A DNA stretch of 45,283 bases from an archaeon (GCA_037140195.1 JBAXEZ010000001.1:1-45283); one strand, 5' to 3'. Counted from the first letter of the stretch, positions 15,680-23,310 are shown. The notes: generated by a model from the sequence alone, not told the origin. Numbers and translations: made by a program.

Positions 15680-16936
15680 ATGGGAAAAATAAAAAGTATT
15701 CTAAAAAGAGCTCTTTTACCTTATGCAGTAGCCACTTCTCTTCTAGGAGGTACAGTACAGGCTAAACCAGAAAGGGAGCAATCAGTACTAGGTCTCACTA
15801 TAAATGTTAGCGGAGAAGGTGTTCGTATGCGTGAGAAGGCAGATGAGTTTGAAAGAAAATATCAAAAAGAAACAATAGTTTATGACGCAGAGCATTCAAC
15901 AGATTTATACTCTCACTCTCCTGAGAGATTTTCTAACGTTAAGGAAGCATTTAAGAAATTGCCAATAAATACTCAAAAACATATTTACAAAGTATTCTTC
16001 TGTCATCCAGAAGATTATAAGGAAATTGCGCCGAAGAGAGGTACGGGCGGGTTTGTTATGGACAATTCTATGTTCATAAACGGAGATGAAAAATTAGAGC
16101 GGGATTTAGAACATATTATTTTACACGAATGTGCGCATGTCCATGAAAGATTAATAGACGAGGTTTCTAATAAAGATGAAAAGAACGAGGATTATAAAGA
16201 ATATTTTAAATTAAAAGAGAAAAAGAGAGAAAAAGAATTGACGGCTAGTCTGATGGGGCTCCCCGAAATTTCGAATAAATTTAGACAAGAAGCAAAAGAA
16301 ATAGACAAAAAAATGTCTGCTCTAAAAAATATTCCTCCTTCTCATTATCTAGACAAAGAGTGGGAGGAGATGATGGCGGGATATGATATTCCGGAAGCAA
16401 TACAAATTCAAGACAAAGGATTTACCTGGAAAGCCTGGTGGGATAAAAGTGGAACTATGGTGGATGAATTAAATAAACGACAGGGCGAGTATTCAGAAGC
16501 AGATAAATCATTTAATGAAAAGTATAAAGACTACCAAGTTAATTCTGACTCATTTAAGAAAAAGCTAGTGGATGGATCTACTGTTTCTGATGAGGAATTA
16601 GCTCAAATGAATGCTATCCGTGTTGCTCGGAATGGGGATATAGAAAAATTGCAGACTCTCGCGAGTGCATATAACGATTTGCATGGGGATTACTCTGCCT
16701 TCCTAAAAGAATCCGGAGCTCCTAGATGCGGGTTTGTTACTCCATATTCTACGACGAGTCACATGGAAGACCGAGCAGATACTGCATCTTTTGTTATGAG
16801 CAGACCAGAAGTAGTTAGAGCAATTCTCCATTCAACAGATGTAAAAGCTGCAGAGCTAATGGGAAAGAAACTAGGGATGCTTCACAAATATGGCTTTATA
16901 GATTCAGCATCTTATCAAAACCTTATGAGTAAGTAA
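15680..16936 (+). CDS. secreted HExxH zinc-metalloprotease-like protein
   Basis: Signal peptide ILKRALLPYAVATSLLGGTVQA. HIILHECAHVHE motif. No family recognised. Confidence 0.5.
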   Translation: MGKIKSILKRALLPYAVATSLLGGTVQAKPEREQSVLGLTINVSGEGVRMREKADEFERKYQKETIVYDAEHSTDLYSHSPERFSNVKEAFKKLPINTQKHIYKVFFCHPEDYKEIAPKRGTGGFVMDNSMFINGDEKLERDLEHIILHECAHVHERLIDEVSNKDEKNEDYKEYFKLKEKKREKELTASLMGLPEISNKFRQEAKEIDKKMSALKNIPPSHYLDKEWEEMMAGYDIPEAIQIQDKGFTWKAWWDKSGTMVDELNKRQGEYSEADKSFNEKYKDYQVNSDSFKKKLVDGSTVSDEELAQMNAIRVARNGDIEKLQTLASAYNDLHGDYSAFLKESGAPRCGFVTPYSTTSHMEDRADTASFVMSRPEVVRAILHSTDVKAAELMGKKLGMLHKYGFIDSASYQNLMSK

Positions 16937-17018
16937 TTTGACCATAGCCAATAATAAGTTAGACTATATTTCGGTATTTAGGTGTGAAAATATCCTTTTT
17001 TATTGAATAATTAATTTC

Positions 17019-17420
17019 TCAAAATTTATAGTAACCATATAATAAAGAAGAGCCTACTAATACTGTTCCTAATACATTCCTTGCAAATTTTAATGGATTT
17101 TCAACGTATGTAACTGAGACAATACTCGCGCACATACTTGTAGCACACGCAGCAACACCATTTGCAATAAGGGAGCAATCTGGATCAAGAATAACTCCTG
17201 TTGCAGCTCCTGCAGCACCAGCAATAGCTCCAGTAGTACACTCCGCAACACGCCCGCTAGTAATGCCTGCAATAACCGCTCCTGCAGCAGCGCCTAATCC
17301 GAGATAAGGAGTCAGTGCAGGTTCATATAAGCATAATCCTGTTAGTCCTACGCCGGCTAGCCCTGTTCCAACTGATAAAACAGTTTCGAGTTTTGATGAA
17401 TTTGCGTTTTGTACTGCCAT
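17019..17420 (-). CDS. glycine-zipper (Gly/Ala-rich) membrane protein
   Basis: GTGLAGVGLTGL, GLGAAAGAVIAGITSG and TGAIAGAAGAATG repeats typical of glycine-zipper 2TM-like proteins. Confidence 0.55.
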   Translation of the reverse strand: MAVQNANSSKLETVLSVGTGLAGVGLTGLCLYEPALTPYLGLGAAAGAVIAGITSGRVAECTTGAIAGAAGAATGVILDPDCSLIANGVAACATSMCASIVSVTYVENPLKFARNVLGTVLVGSSLLYGYYKF

Positions 17421-17538
17421 TTATTTCCTATAATTCTGAGGCGATTCTTTATCAACGCCTCTTAGGCATCTAGAGAAATTGTTATTTTTAAAGTTATGGA
17501 TTATTATGCTAAGATGCATAATCGCACAGAAAGAATTC

Positions 17539-17554
17539 ATGGACCCATAGGGAA
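17539..17554. repeat. 16-nt exact copy of the tRNA-Trp 3' end (ATGGACCCATAGGGAA on the plus strand)
   Basis: Identical to 17659..17674 (T-loop through discriminator, plus 1 nt). Offset is exactly 120 nt. Confidence 0.9.
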
Positions 17555-17659
17555 CGAGCGATTCGCTTTGAGCAAAATTTAGTTTTCTTGAATCGATATC
17601 CCCTTTGCGAAATGCAAATTGCGAGCAGAACCCGTAGGGTGAGATTCCTTAAAACAAAA

Positions 17660-17745
17660 TGGACCCATAGGGAATCGAACCCTAATCAATCGCTTTCTTC
17701 ATCAATTTTCTGGAGGCGAGCATTCTACCTTTGAACTATGGATCC
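17660..17745 (-). tRNA. trnW: tRNA-Trp (anticodon CCA) with an approximately 15-nt intron at or near 37/38; CCA not encoded
   Basis: Manual fold of the minus strand:
- acceptor GGATCCA/TGGGTCC (one G-U pair)
- D arm GTTC-AAAGGTA-GAAT
- anticodon stem CTCGC/GCGAT (C27-U43 mismatch) and loop CTCCAG[intron AAAATTGATGAAGAA]A
- variable loop TGAT
- T arm TAGGG-TTCGATT-CCCTA, discriminator A, then TTTTG

I could not draw a clean bulge-helix-bulge. Confidence 0.75.
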
Positions 17746-17768
17746 ACTAGTAATCTATAATTTGAGTG

Positions 17769-17777
17769 TTTTTTAAA
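17769..17777 (-). promoter_or_regulatory. putative TATA box (TTTAAAAAA on the minus strand) for tRNA-Trp
   Basis: 24-32 nt upstream of tRNA position 1. Confidence 0.35.
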
Positions 17778-17852
17778 TTCTCCTATGTACTTATGACCTT
17801 CTCTTTCGAGCACTGAAATACTTAAAAAGAATTCGTTTCTGGGGTTTGCACA

Positions 17853-18185
17853 ATGAGCGAAACTAATCCGTTTAATACCTGGCAAGTATACAAAATGCAT
17901 CTAACTGGCACGCATTCTTTAAGCAAACATGTTTATCTAGGCGCAGAAAAAAATAAAAGAGGTGTAACGGTTTATAACTTTGCGCTAAATACTTTGTCTC
18001 GTGATATAGAATTTGGGCATGAATTTATAGTTACTAGAATTGAAGAGGGCAGTTTTTATCTCCGGCGTAATCGAGTATGTATCGATGGTAATGGATGGGA
18101 AGGACCTCTGGTTAGGCAAGAAATGGAGGAGGGTAGAAGAATAAAAGAGTCTTGGCTAGAGCATATAAAGAAAGCCTCGAATTAG
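17853..18185 (+). CDS. hypothetical protein
   Basis: 110-aa ORF. No motif recognised. Confidence 0.45.
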   Translation: MSETNPFNTWQVYKMHLTGTHSLSKHVYLGAEKNKRGVTVYNFALNTLSRDIEFGHEFIVTRIEEGSFYLRRNRVCIDGNGWEGPLVRQEMEEGRRIKESWLEHIKKASN

Positions 18186-18195
18186 TAAGCAAAAC

Positions 18196-18564
18196 TTACA
18201 CTTGTTCTGTTGGTGATTTCAAAATTCCTCTATAAACAGTGTTCCCATTCATTCCTGCACTACAATAAAGGCAAACTCTTGCTTTCTCAACAATTTTCTT
18301 TCCAGTTTGAAGTTCATATTCCTTCATCTCTCCAATAAATTCTTGGCAGCAAAGACCGCTCTCTCTTTTAAATAATCCAAATCTTTCAGCATTATTTTCA
18401 AACCATCCATCTCCTCTTTCAAAGAGAACATATGCATCCTTTACTTCATGTCCTTCACATGTTTGTAGTCCAGTGTAGCAATGTTTCCATAGCTGTCTAA
18501 CTAAATCTCTCATACCTTCATCAATTTTCAAGCTGTCCATTGTTGCATGCATATTCTTTTTCAT
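18196..18564 (-). CDS. hypothetical Cys-containing protein
   Basis: 122-aa ORF convergent with 17853..18185. No family recognised. Confidence 0.45.
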   Translation of the reverse strand: MKKNMHATMDSLKIDEGMRDLVRQLWKHCYTGLQTCEGHEVKDAYVLFERGDGWFENNAERFGLFKRESGLCCQEFIGEMKEYELQTGKKIVEKARVCLYCSAGMNGNTVYRGILKSPTEQV

Positions 18565-18667
18565 ATTTACAGTAAAGGAGTTTAACTTTTAAATCTTTCT
18601 TTTTATATTAATTTTAAAGTAGTGACATTTACAAAGATTTATAAAAGCAGAAATTCTTCTTTTCAGA

Positions 18668-19537
18668 ATGGTAGTTATTAGTGAGCGTTCAGTAAAGAGA
18701 ATAATCGAAGATGTAGCTTCAAAAGTAGAAAGGCTAACTGGATGGGATCCTCAGTTAGACACTTTATCTGTAAAACTAGTAGATCGGGATCAACTTTGGG
18801 AGCATGCAACAAAACCTAGATACGAACGGTTAGGTATAGACACTGGAGCAGATACTCCTGCAGGTAAAAAGGCTCGGCTTATTACTAAACACGTTATGTC
18901 CTATTTTATCTTAGGTCAATATGAAATGACTACAGACACTCTGCTAATTATTCCAGCAAATCTTGGATTCGGAACAAATGAAAGCGGATTAGCAACCATC
19001 TTAGGGCATGAGCTAACTCACAGATGTCAATTTAAATGCAATCCAAAATTTGCAAGACTTTATCCTTCACTTGTTAAAAAAGTTACTGGGTCAAAAGCAT
19101 TTGAAGAAGATCCACAAGAAGATGAAAGTTATATGAAATATTTGCAAGCTTATATGACTCTTGTAGAGGGAGATGCTACTCACGTTCAAGATCAATTAAA
19201 AAAGATGTTTTTCCAGGATGCCGAAAGTAAATCTGCTTCCGCTTCAGAGTTTCTTGGACTAATCCCTATTTTGTATAATATGCGAGATACGGGCGCAGTT
19301 GATAGCGCGAGTAGAGGTGGTTGTGGAGGACTTGGGCAAAAAATGAAGCAGTACAGTGAGGGTAAGAAGATTGTCGGTAGAATATACGAACGAGAAGGAA
19401 GAGAAGCAGTAAATCAACTTTATAATCTAAGTATTAAACAATTACTTTCTAGATTCGGAGAGGATTCTCCATTCGAAAATTTATTTAGATCATTAAAATT
19501 TAAAGTAAGGGAGGCAGATGGCAATGATTTCGGTTAA
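18668..19537 (+). CDS. zincin-like metalloprotease (DUF2342/Zincin_2-like)
   Basis: LATILGHELTHRCQF followed by YMTLVEGDATHVQDQL, like the HExxH...EGhA arrangement of DUF2342-type zincins. Confidence 0.5.
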   Translation: MVVISERSVKRIIEDVASKVERLTGWDPQLDTLSVKLVDRDQLWEHATKPRYERLGIDTGADTPAGKKARLITKHVMSYFILGQYEMTTDTLLIIPANLGFGTNESGLATILGHELTHRCQFKCNPKFARLYPSLVKKVTGSKAFEEDPQEDESYMKYLQAYMTLVEGDATHVQDQLKKMFFQDAESKSASASEFLGLIPILYNMRDTGAVDSASRGGCGGLGQKMKQYSEGKKIVGRIYEREGREAVNQLYNLSIKQLLSRFGEDSPFENLFRSLKFKVREADGNDFG

Positions 19538-20336
19538 TGATGTGCGTAGCGAAGAAGTAAGGAGAGAATCCAATGCACATTCATCCATACTTGAAGAAAT
19601 CGTTGCAAGACAACAAAATCATCCAAATTTACAAAGAGTGAAGAGTGCAATAGGGCATGGTTACTATGTATTGAGGGGCGCGGGTGTTGGTTATTTAGCA
19701 GGCTACCTTGCAAGCAATGGCGATTTGGAAACTGCGACTCAATTTGCAGAATATGCTACTGTCGCGATGGTCGGAGTAAAACTTGGCTTAGAGCTTCCTC
19801 TAAAAACAGTATTTAATAAGGTCTCAAAAGTATCCGCAGAAAAAATAAAACAAGAAGCAGAAAGAGCTGAGCTCTGCGAGATGACTGGGAGACTGCATAA
19901 ATACAAGCCGGAGCAGGGAGTAGAATTTACTCACCATAAGGCGAATTATTCAAATTTGATTGCAAACCTTGTTAGAAAATCCTACCAAGAAAATTTGGAA
20001 ACCGCAAAGAAACCGATTGTCAGAACACTCTCTAACATTGCAATGGGGGCAACTGCATTCTGGCTTGCATCTCTACTTGTAGACGTGGAAGTTAATGTTC
20101 TTGATTGGTTCGGTCCAAATTTAATTGAAAAAGGATTAGACTTAACACATTATCTAATTGGAACTATAGAACCTATCAAAGATTATGTTTCTTTGAATGC
20201 ACATGGGCATGTTGGAGATTTTAATCAAATGCAAATGGCTTATATCGGTGCAGTCGGAGGTTTAGTTGCTTCTGCTAAAGAATTCGCAGTTGGAAACTAT
20301 CGAAGACTTCAGGCAAAATTCCGAAAAGATATTTAA
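19518..20336 (+). CDS. membrane protein with glycine-zipper-like segments
   Basis: GAGVGYLAGYLASNG, MVGVKLGLELPL, AMGATAFWLASLLV and YIGAVGGLVASA. Its start overlaps the preceding stop by 20 nt. Confidence 0.5.
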   Translation: MAMISVNDVRSEEVRRESNAHSSILEEIVARQQNHPNLQRVKSAIGHGYYVLRGAGVGYLAGYLASNGDLETATQFAEYATVAMVGVKLGLELPLKTVFNKVSKVSAEKIKQEAERAELCEMTGRLHKYKPEQGVEFTHHKANYSNLIANLVRKSYQENLETAKKPIVRTLSNIAMGATAFWLASLLVDVEVNVLDWFGPNLIEKGLDLTHYLIGTIEPIKDYVSLNAHGHVGDFNQMQMAYIGAVGGLVASAKEFAVGNYRRLQAKFRKDI

Positions 20337-20356
20337 CTAAATAAAATATTTAAAAA

Positions 20357-20899
20357 ATGGCTAGGATAAAATTACAATATCCAGAACTGGATGAAATAGT
20401 AAATAGTTTATTTGAAAATATAAATACCAGTTTTACTCCGGACACAATTATTCATCCTGGAATTAGGACAGACTATTTAATAAACAAAGCAAGAAATTTT
20501 TTTAATCAAGAACCCTATGTTATTGATACCTCGCGACCATTTCCATTTAAAAGAGTTATGAGAAAATTTTTTTGTGAATATTTAGATAGTTTGCCTGAAT
20601 TTGTTACAAACCCTCTTGCGGAAGCATACATTAAAATTGTTCATGCAGAAAAAAAGAAACCTGCTGTTGCAGAAGAATATATAGAAAGGCTTCCTAAAAG
20701 TTTAGGTAATGTGCTAATACTTGATGATGTTTTTTGTACAGGACATACTATTGAATCAATATCTTCTGCACTATTAACTTTAGAAATAAAAGAGATTAAG
20801 ACAGGAGTACTAATTTTTACTCCTCGTAATGAAAGTAAGCCGGACTATTATGCCTTGGAGGGAAGTTACTCCTTACCTTGGAGAAATATAGGGATATAA
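20357..20899 (+). CDS. phosphoribosyltransferase-fold (PRTase type I) protein
   Basis: PRPP-binding loop NVLILDDVFCTGHTIESI. The rest of the protein is not assignable to a specific PRTase. Confidence 0.55.
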   Translation: MARIKLQYPELDEIVNSLFENINTSFTPDTIIHPGIRTDYLINKARNFFNQEPYVIDTSRPFPFKRVMRKFFCEYLDSLPEFVTNPLAEAYIKIVHAEKKKPAVAEEYIERLPKSLGNVLILDDVFCTGHTIESISSALLTLEIKEIKTGVLIFTPRNESKPDYYALEGSYSLPWRNIGI

Positions 20900-20910
20900 T
20901 TTAAGAAGGT

Positions 20911-21222
20911 TCATTTTTCTACGAACAAACTACACCAGCATTCTTTTTTATCTTGCCATGTTTTCTGTAATTTAAAATTACACGGGCAAACTAATTTCAA
21001 ATCCCTCTCTTTATCTTTTGTTCTTAATCTACACGGACAAAATTTAAATCCAAATCTTTCTTCGTTATTCAAAACGCCTAAGGCTAATCTCTCTACGGCT
21101 TCTTTATTTGGATTAACTTTTATTGTTCCGTTTCTATCTGCAAACTCTTCCCAAATATGTATCTGTTTTTCTATTTTTCCATCAACCATTTTTTTAACTC
21201 CTTCTTGGGCATCTCTCCACAT
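20911..21222 (-). CDS. ferredoxin:thioredoxin reductase catalytic-subunit-like protein
   Basis: FCPCRLRTKDKERDLKLVCPCNFKLQKTWQDKKECWCSLF gives the CPC...CPC...CxC pattern of FTR catalytic subunits. The true start may be the internal Met at 21189. Confidence 0.7.
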   Translation of the reverse strand: MWRDAQEGVKKMVDGKIEKQIHIWEEFADRNGTIKVNPNKEAVERLALGVLNNEERFGFKFCPCRLRTKDKERDLKLVCPCNFKLQKTWQDKKECWCSLFVEK

Positions 21223-21455
21223 TTAGCCTCATTATTTTTAACATCAACAAAAGCAGGAACTCCCAAATCTCCATCGCCAGCTTCCGCAATTATGTCTGCG
21301 AACTCTCTCATTTTATCCGCGTTATCTTCATTATGCCAAACTTCAAAACTAGTTACTTTCAATTTCAATTCTTTCTTTAATTTTTCTACAATAGGCCTCA
21401 TGACAGCACAATGTGGACATTCAGCACCATGAAAAAATAGTATCTCCCTTACCAT
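21171..21455 (-). CDS. thioredoxin/glutaredoxin-fold protein (CPHC active site)
   Basis: ILFFHGAECPHCAVMRPIVEKL...GVPAFV. Its 3' end overlaps the FTR-like ORF. Confidence 0.7.
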   Translation of the reverse strand: MVREILFFHGAECPHCAVMRPIVEKLKKELKLKVTSFEVWHNEDNADKMREFADIIAEAGDGDLGVPAFVDVKNNEAKCGEMPKKELKKWLMEK

Positions 21456-21456
21456 T

Positions 21457-21574
21457 TTGCCATATTTTTTGATAGTTTACTTGAGAAAAAATGGCAAGGT
21501 AACGAGTTCACCGAGTTACCGCTAACGGACTTTTTCGACGAAGCCGACAGCTTGGAACTATCCGAAAAAAGTCC
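21457..21574 (-). other. densely structured, relatively GC-rich intergenic segment (three consecutive hairpins) upstream of the trx/FTR genes
   Basis: Three hairpins:
- H1: TTGCCA(TA)TTTTTT-N15-AAAAAATGGCAA (21457-21497)
- H2: GGTAAC-N11-GTTACC (21498-21520)
- H3: GGACTTTTTCG-N25-CGAAAAAAGTCC (21527-21574). Confidence 0.4.
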
Positions 21575-21611
21575 TTCTAAAAATGTAAAATTAAACTTAT
21601 TTATTTTCATT

Positions 21612-21878
21612 TTACAACTCTAAAAAATTTCTAAATTCCTTTTCGTTTATTTCAACATAAACTTCTTCCTGAAAACACGTCGGGCATATTTTCGGAGGTT
21701 CGATAATTATACACAAATCATTGCAAACAGTGCATCTCCAAAGTTTCTTACCTTTCAAAGTGATAAGAACTTTTTTAACGTCTTCTAGGGTAGCTTCCGA
21801 AAAACCTTCTGGAGAATTACCTCCGATATGAATATCGCCCTTTTTATTTTTGAATATCTTTTTATCAACAAATGCCAT
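21612..21878 (-). CDS. rubredoxin-like zinc/iron-ribbon protein
   Basis: WRCTVCNDLCIIIEPPKICPTCF (CxxC-x15-CxxC). Confidence 0.5.
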   Translation of the reverse strand: MAFVDKKIFKNKKGDIHIGGNSPEGFSEATLEDVKKVLITLKGKKLWRCTVCNDLCIIIEPPKICPTCFQEEVYVEINEKEFRNFLEL

Positions 21879-21926
21879 ATTTATACAAGAATAACTGAAG
21901 ATTTAAATGTTTTGGAAGAATTAGTG

Positions 21927-22214
21927 TCATCTTTCTTCTGAGTTAGACATGTACTTATCCGTAGCCATAACCACCAATGCTCCAAGCGCGACAAAAGATA
22001 TTCCTGTGACGGCAGGTAGAACATATTCCACTAAGCCAGAGCCAATAGTGCCAGCATATTTATTGATTATAGGGGAGATGTCTTGTCCAAGTTCATACAT
22101 GGCTCTGGTTTGTTTAATAGTGTATGAAAGCATTGCGTCTCCAACAATTATCATGCCAGTTATATCTGCAAGTGTTCTTTTTCTGCCTAGCCTGTCTGAA
22201 TTTCCGATTACCAT
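21927..22214 (-). CDS. small membrane protein
   Basis: GMIIVGDAMLSY and GSGLVEYVLPAVTGISFVALGALVVMA hydrophobic segments. Confidence 0.45.
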   Translation of the reverse strand: MVIGNSDRLGRKRTLADITGMIIVGDAMLSYTIKQTRAMYELGQDISPIINKYAGTIGSGLVEYVLPAVTGISFVALGALVVMATDKYMSNSEER

Positions 22215-22308
22215 ACTATAGTAGTGAACTATGTGATATATTAAACTTATTTCATAAAAATATCACAAAACGCAGCATTTATATACTTTTTATGTTATAT
22301 ATTGTTAA

Positions 22309-23310
22309 ATGGAACTAAACATAAAAGATAAGAAAATACTAGCAGAATTGGATTTAAACGCAAGAGCAACATTTCAAGAGATAGCTAGAAAAGTTAAACT
22401 TTCTAAAGAGTCTGTCATTTATAGAATTAAAATATTAGAAAAAAAAGAAATAATCAAAAGATACACTACTTTAGTTAATTTTTCAAAATTAGGATATGCA
22501 GGATATGCCGTTTTTAACAGATTTCAAAATGTAGATGCAAAAAAGAAAGAAGAGATAATTAATTATTTGAACACAATTCCGGAAATTTATTGGATTGCAT
22601 TAGTGGGGGGTAAGTTTGATTTGGTTTTCGGAATAATGGCCAAGAGTATCACTCATTTCAACAAAGTTTATTATCAAATATTAAATAAATTTGGAAACTT
22701 TATAGTAGATAATGCAATTGAAATTAGAACCGAGCTGAGACAGTATAGGAGAAGCTATTTATCAGAAGGTAGGCCAGAAATTTTAAAGCCACCATTTTTT
22801 GGGAAAGAACAAGAAATAGAGAAGATTGACGAACTTGATTCAAATATATTATCCCTACTTTCAATTAACGCAAGAATGGCAATTATTAATTTGACAGATT
22901 CTCTGAGAAAACCAGCAAGTACAATAGCTCTTAGGATAAGGCAGTTAGAGAAGAGAGGAATAATTCAAGGATACTCTACATATATTAGATCGCAGAAATA
23001 TGGCATGCAAAGTTATCGGCTCATGTTATCTCTTCAAAACATGGATGAAAATATTAGATCTAGAATTTTCTCATATGTAAATCATAATAAAAACTGCATA
23101 TTGGCAATCGAATCAGTGGGCCAATGGAATTTCGAGATTACGTTGGAAGTAGAAAATCAAGAACAACTTCAAAAAGAGATTTTAGACATTAGGGATCAAT
23201 TCAAAGAATTTGTTAAGAATATAGAATTTTTAATAATGTTTGAAGACGATTTGGTCTATGACCCATATCCGCTTAGAAAAAATGAAAGAAAAAACCAGTT
23301 TAAATCCTAA
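22309..23310 (+). CDS. tandem (duplicated) Lrp/AsnC-family transcriptional regulator
   Basis: Two HTH_AsnC-like units, DKKILAELDLNARATFQEIARKVKLSKESVIYRIKILEKKEIIKRY and DSNILSLLSINARMAIINLTDSLRKPASTIALRIRQLEKRGIIQGY, each followed by an effector-like domain. Confidence 0.7.
   Translation: MELNIKDKKILAELDLNARATFQEIARKVKLSKESVIYRIKILEKKEIIKRYTTLVNFSKLGYAGYAVFNRFQNVDAKKKEEIINYLNTIPEIYWIALVGGKFDLVFGIMAKSITHFNKVYYQILNKFGNFIVDNAIEIRTELRQYRRSYLSEGRPEILKPPFFGKEQEIEKIDELDSNILSLLSINARMAIINLTDSLRKPASTIALRIRQLEKRGIIQGYSTYIRSQKYGMQSYRLMLSLQNMDENIRSRIFSYVNHNKNCILAIESVGQWNFEITLEVENQEQLQKEILDIRDQFKEFVKNIEFLIMFEDDLVYDPYPLRKNERKNQFKS

Noticed and set aside
17090-17272. 60-aa alternative-frame ORF inside the Gly/Ala-rich membrane gene
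   Set aside because: It is an out-of-frame product of GCN/GGN-rich sequence. The 133-aa frame gives coherent TM segments.
17540-17659. Possible second tRNA gene or complete 3' tRNA half downstream of tRNA-Trp
   Set aside because: I found no 5' acceptor strand complementary to TGGGTCC, and no intact T-arm (TAGGG is missing before the copied CCCTA). Only fragments are present, so I report it as a repeat, not a gene.
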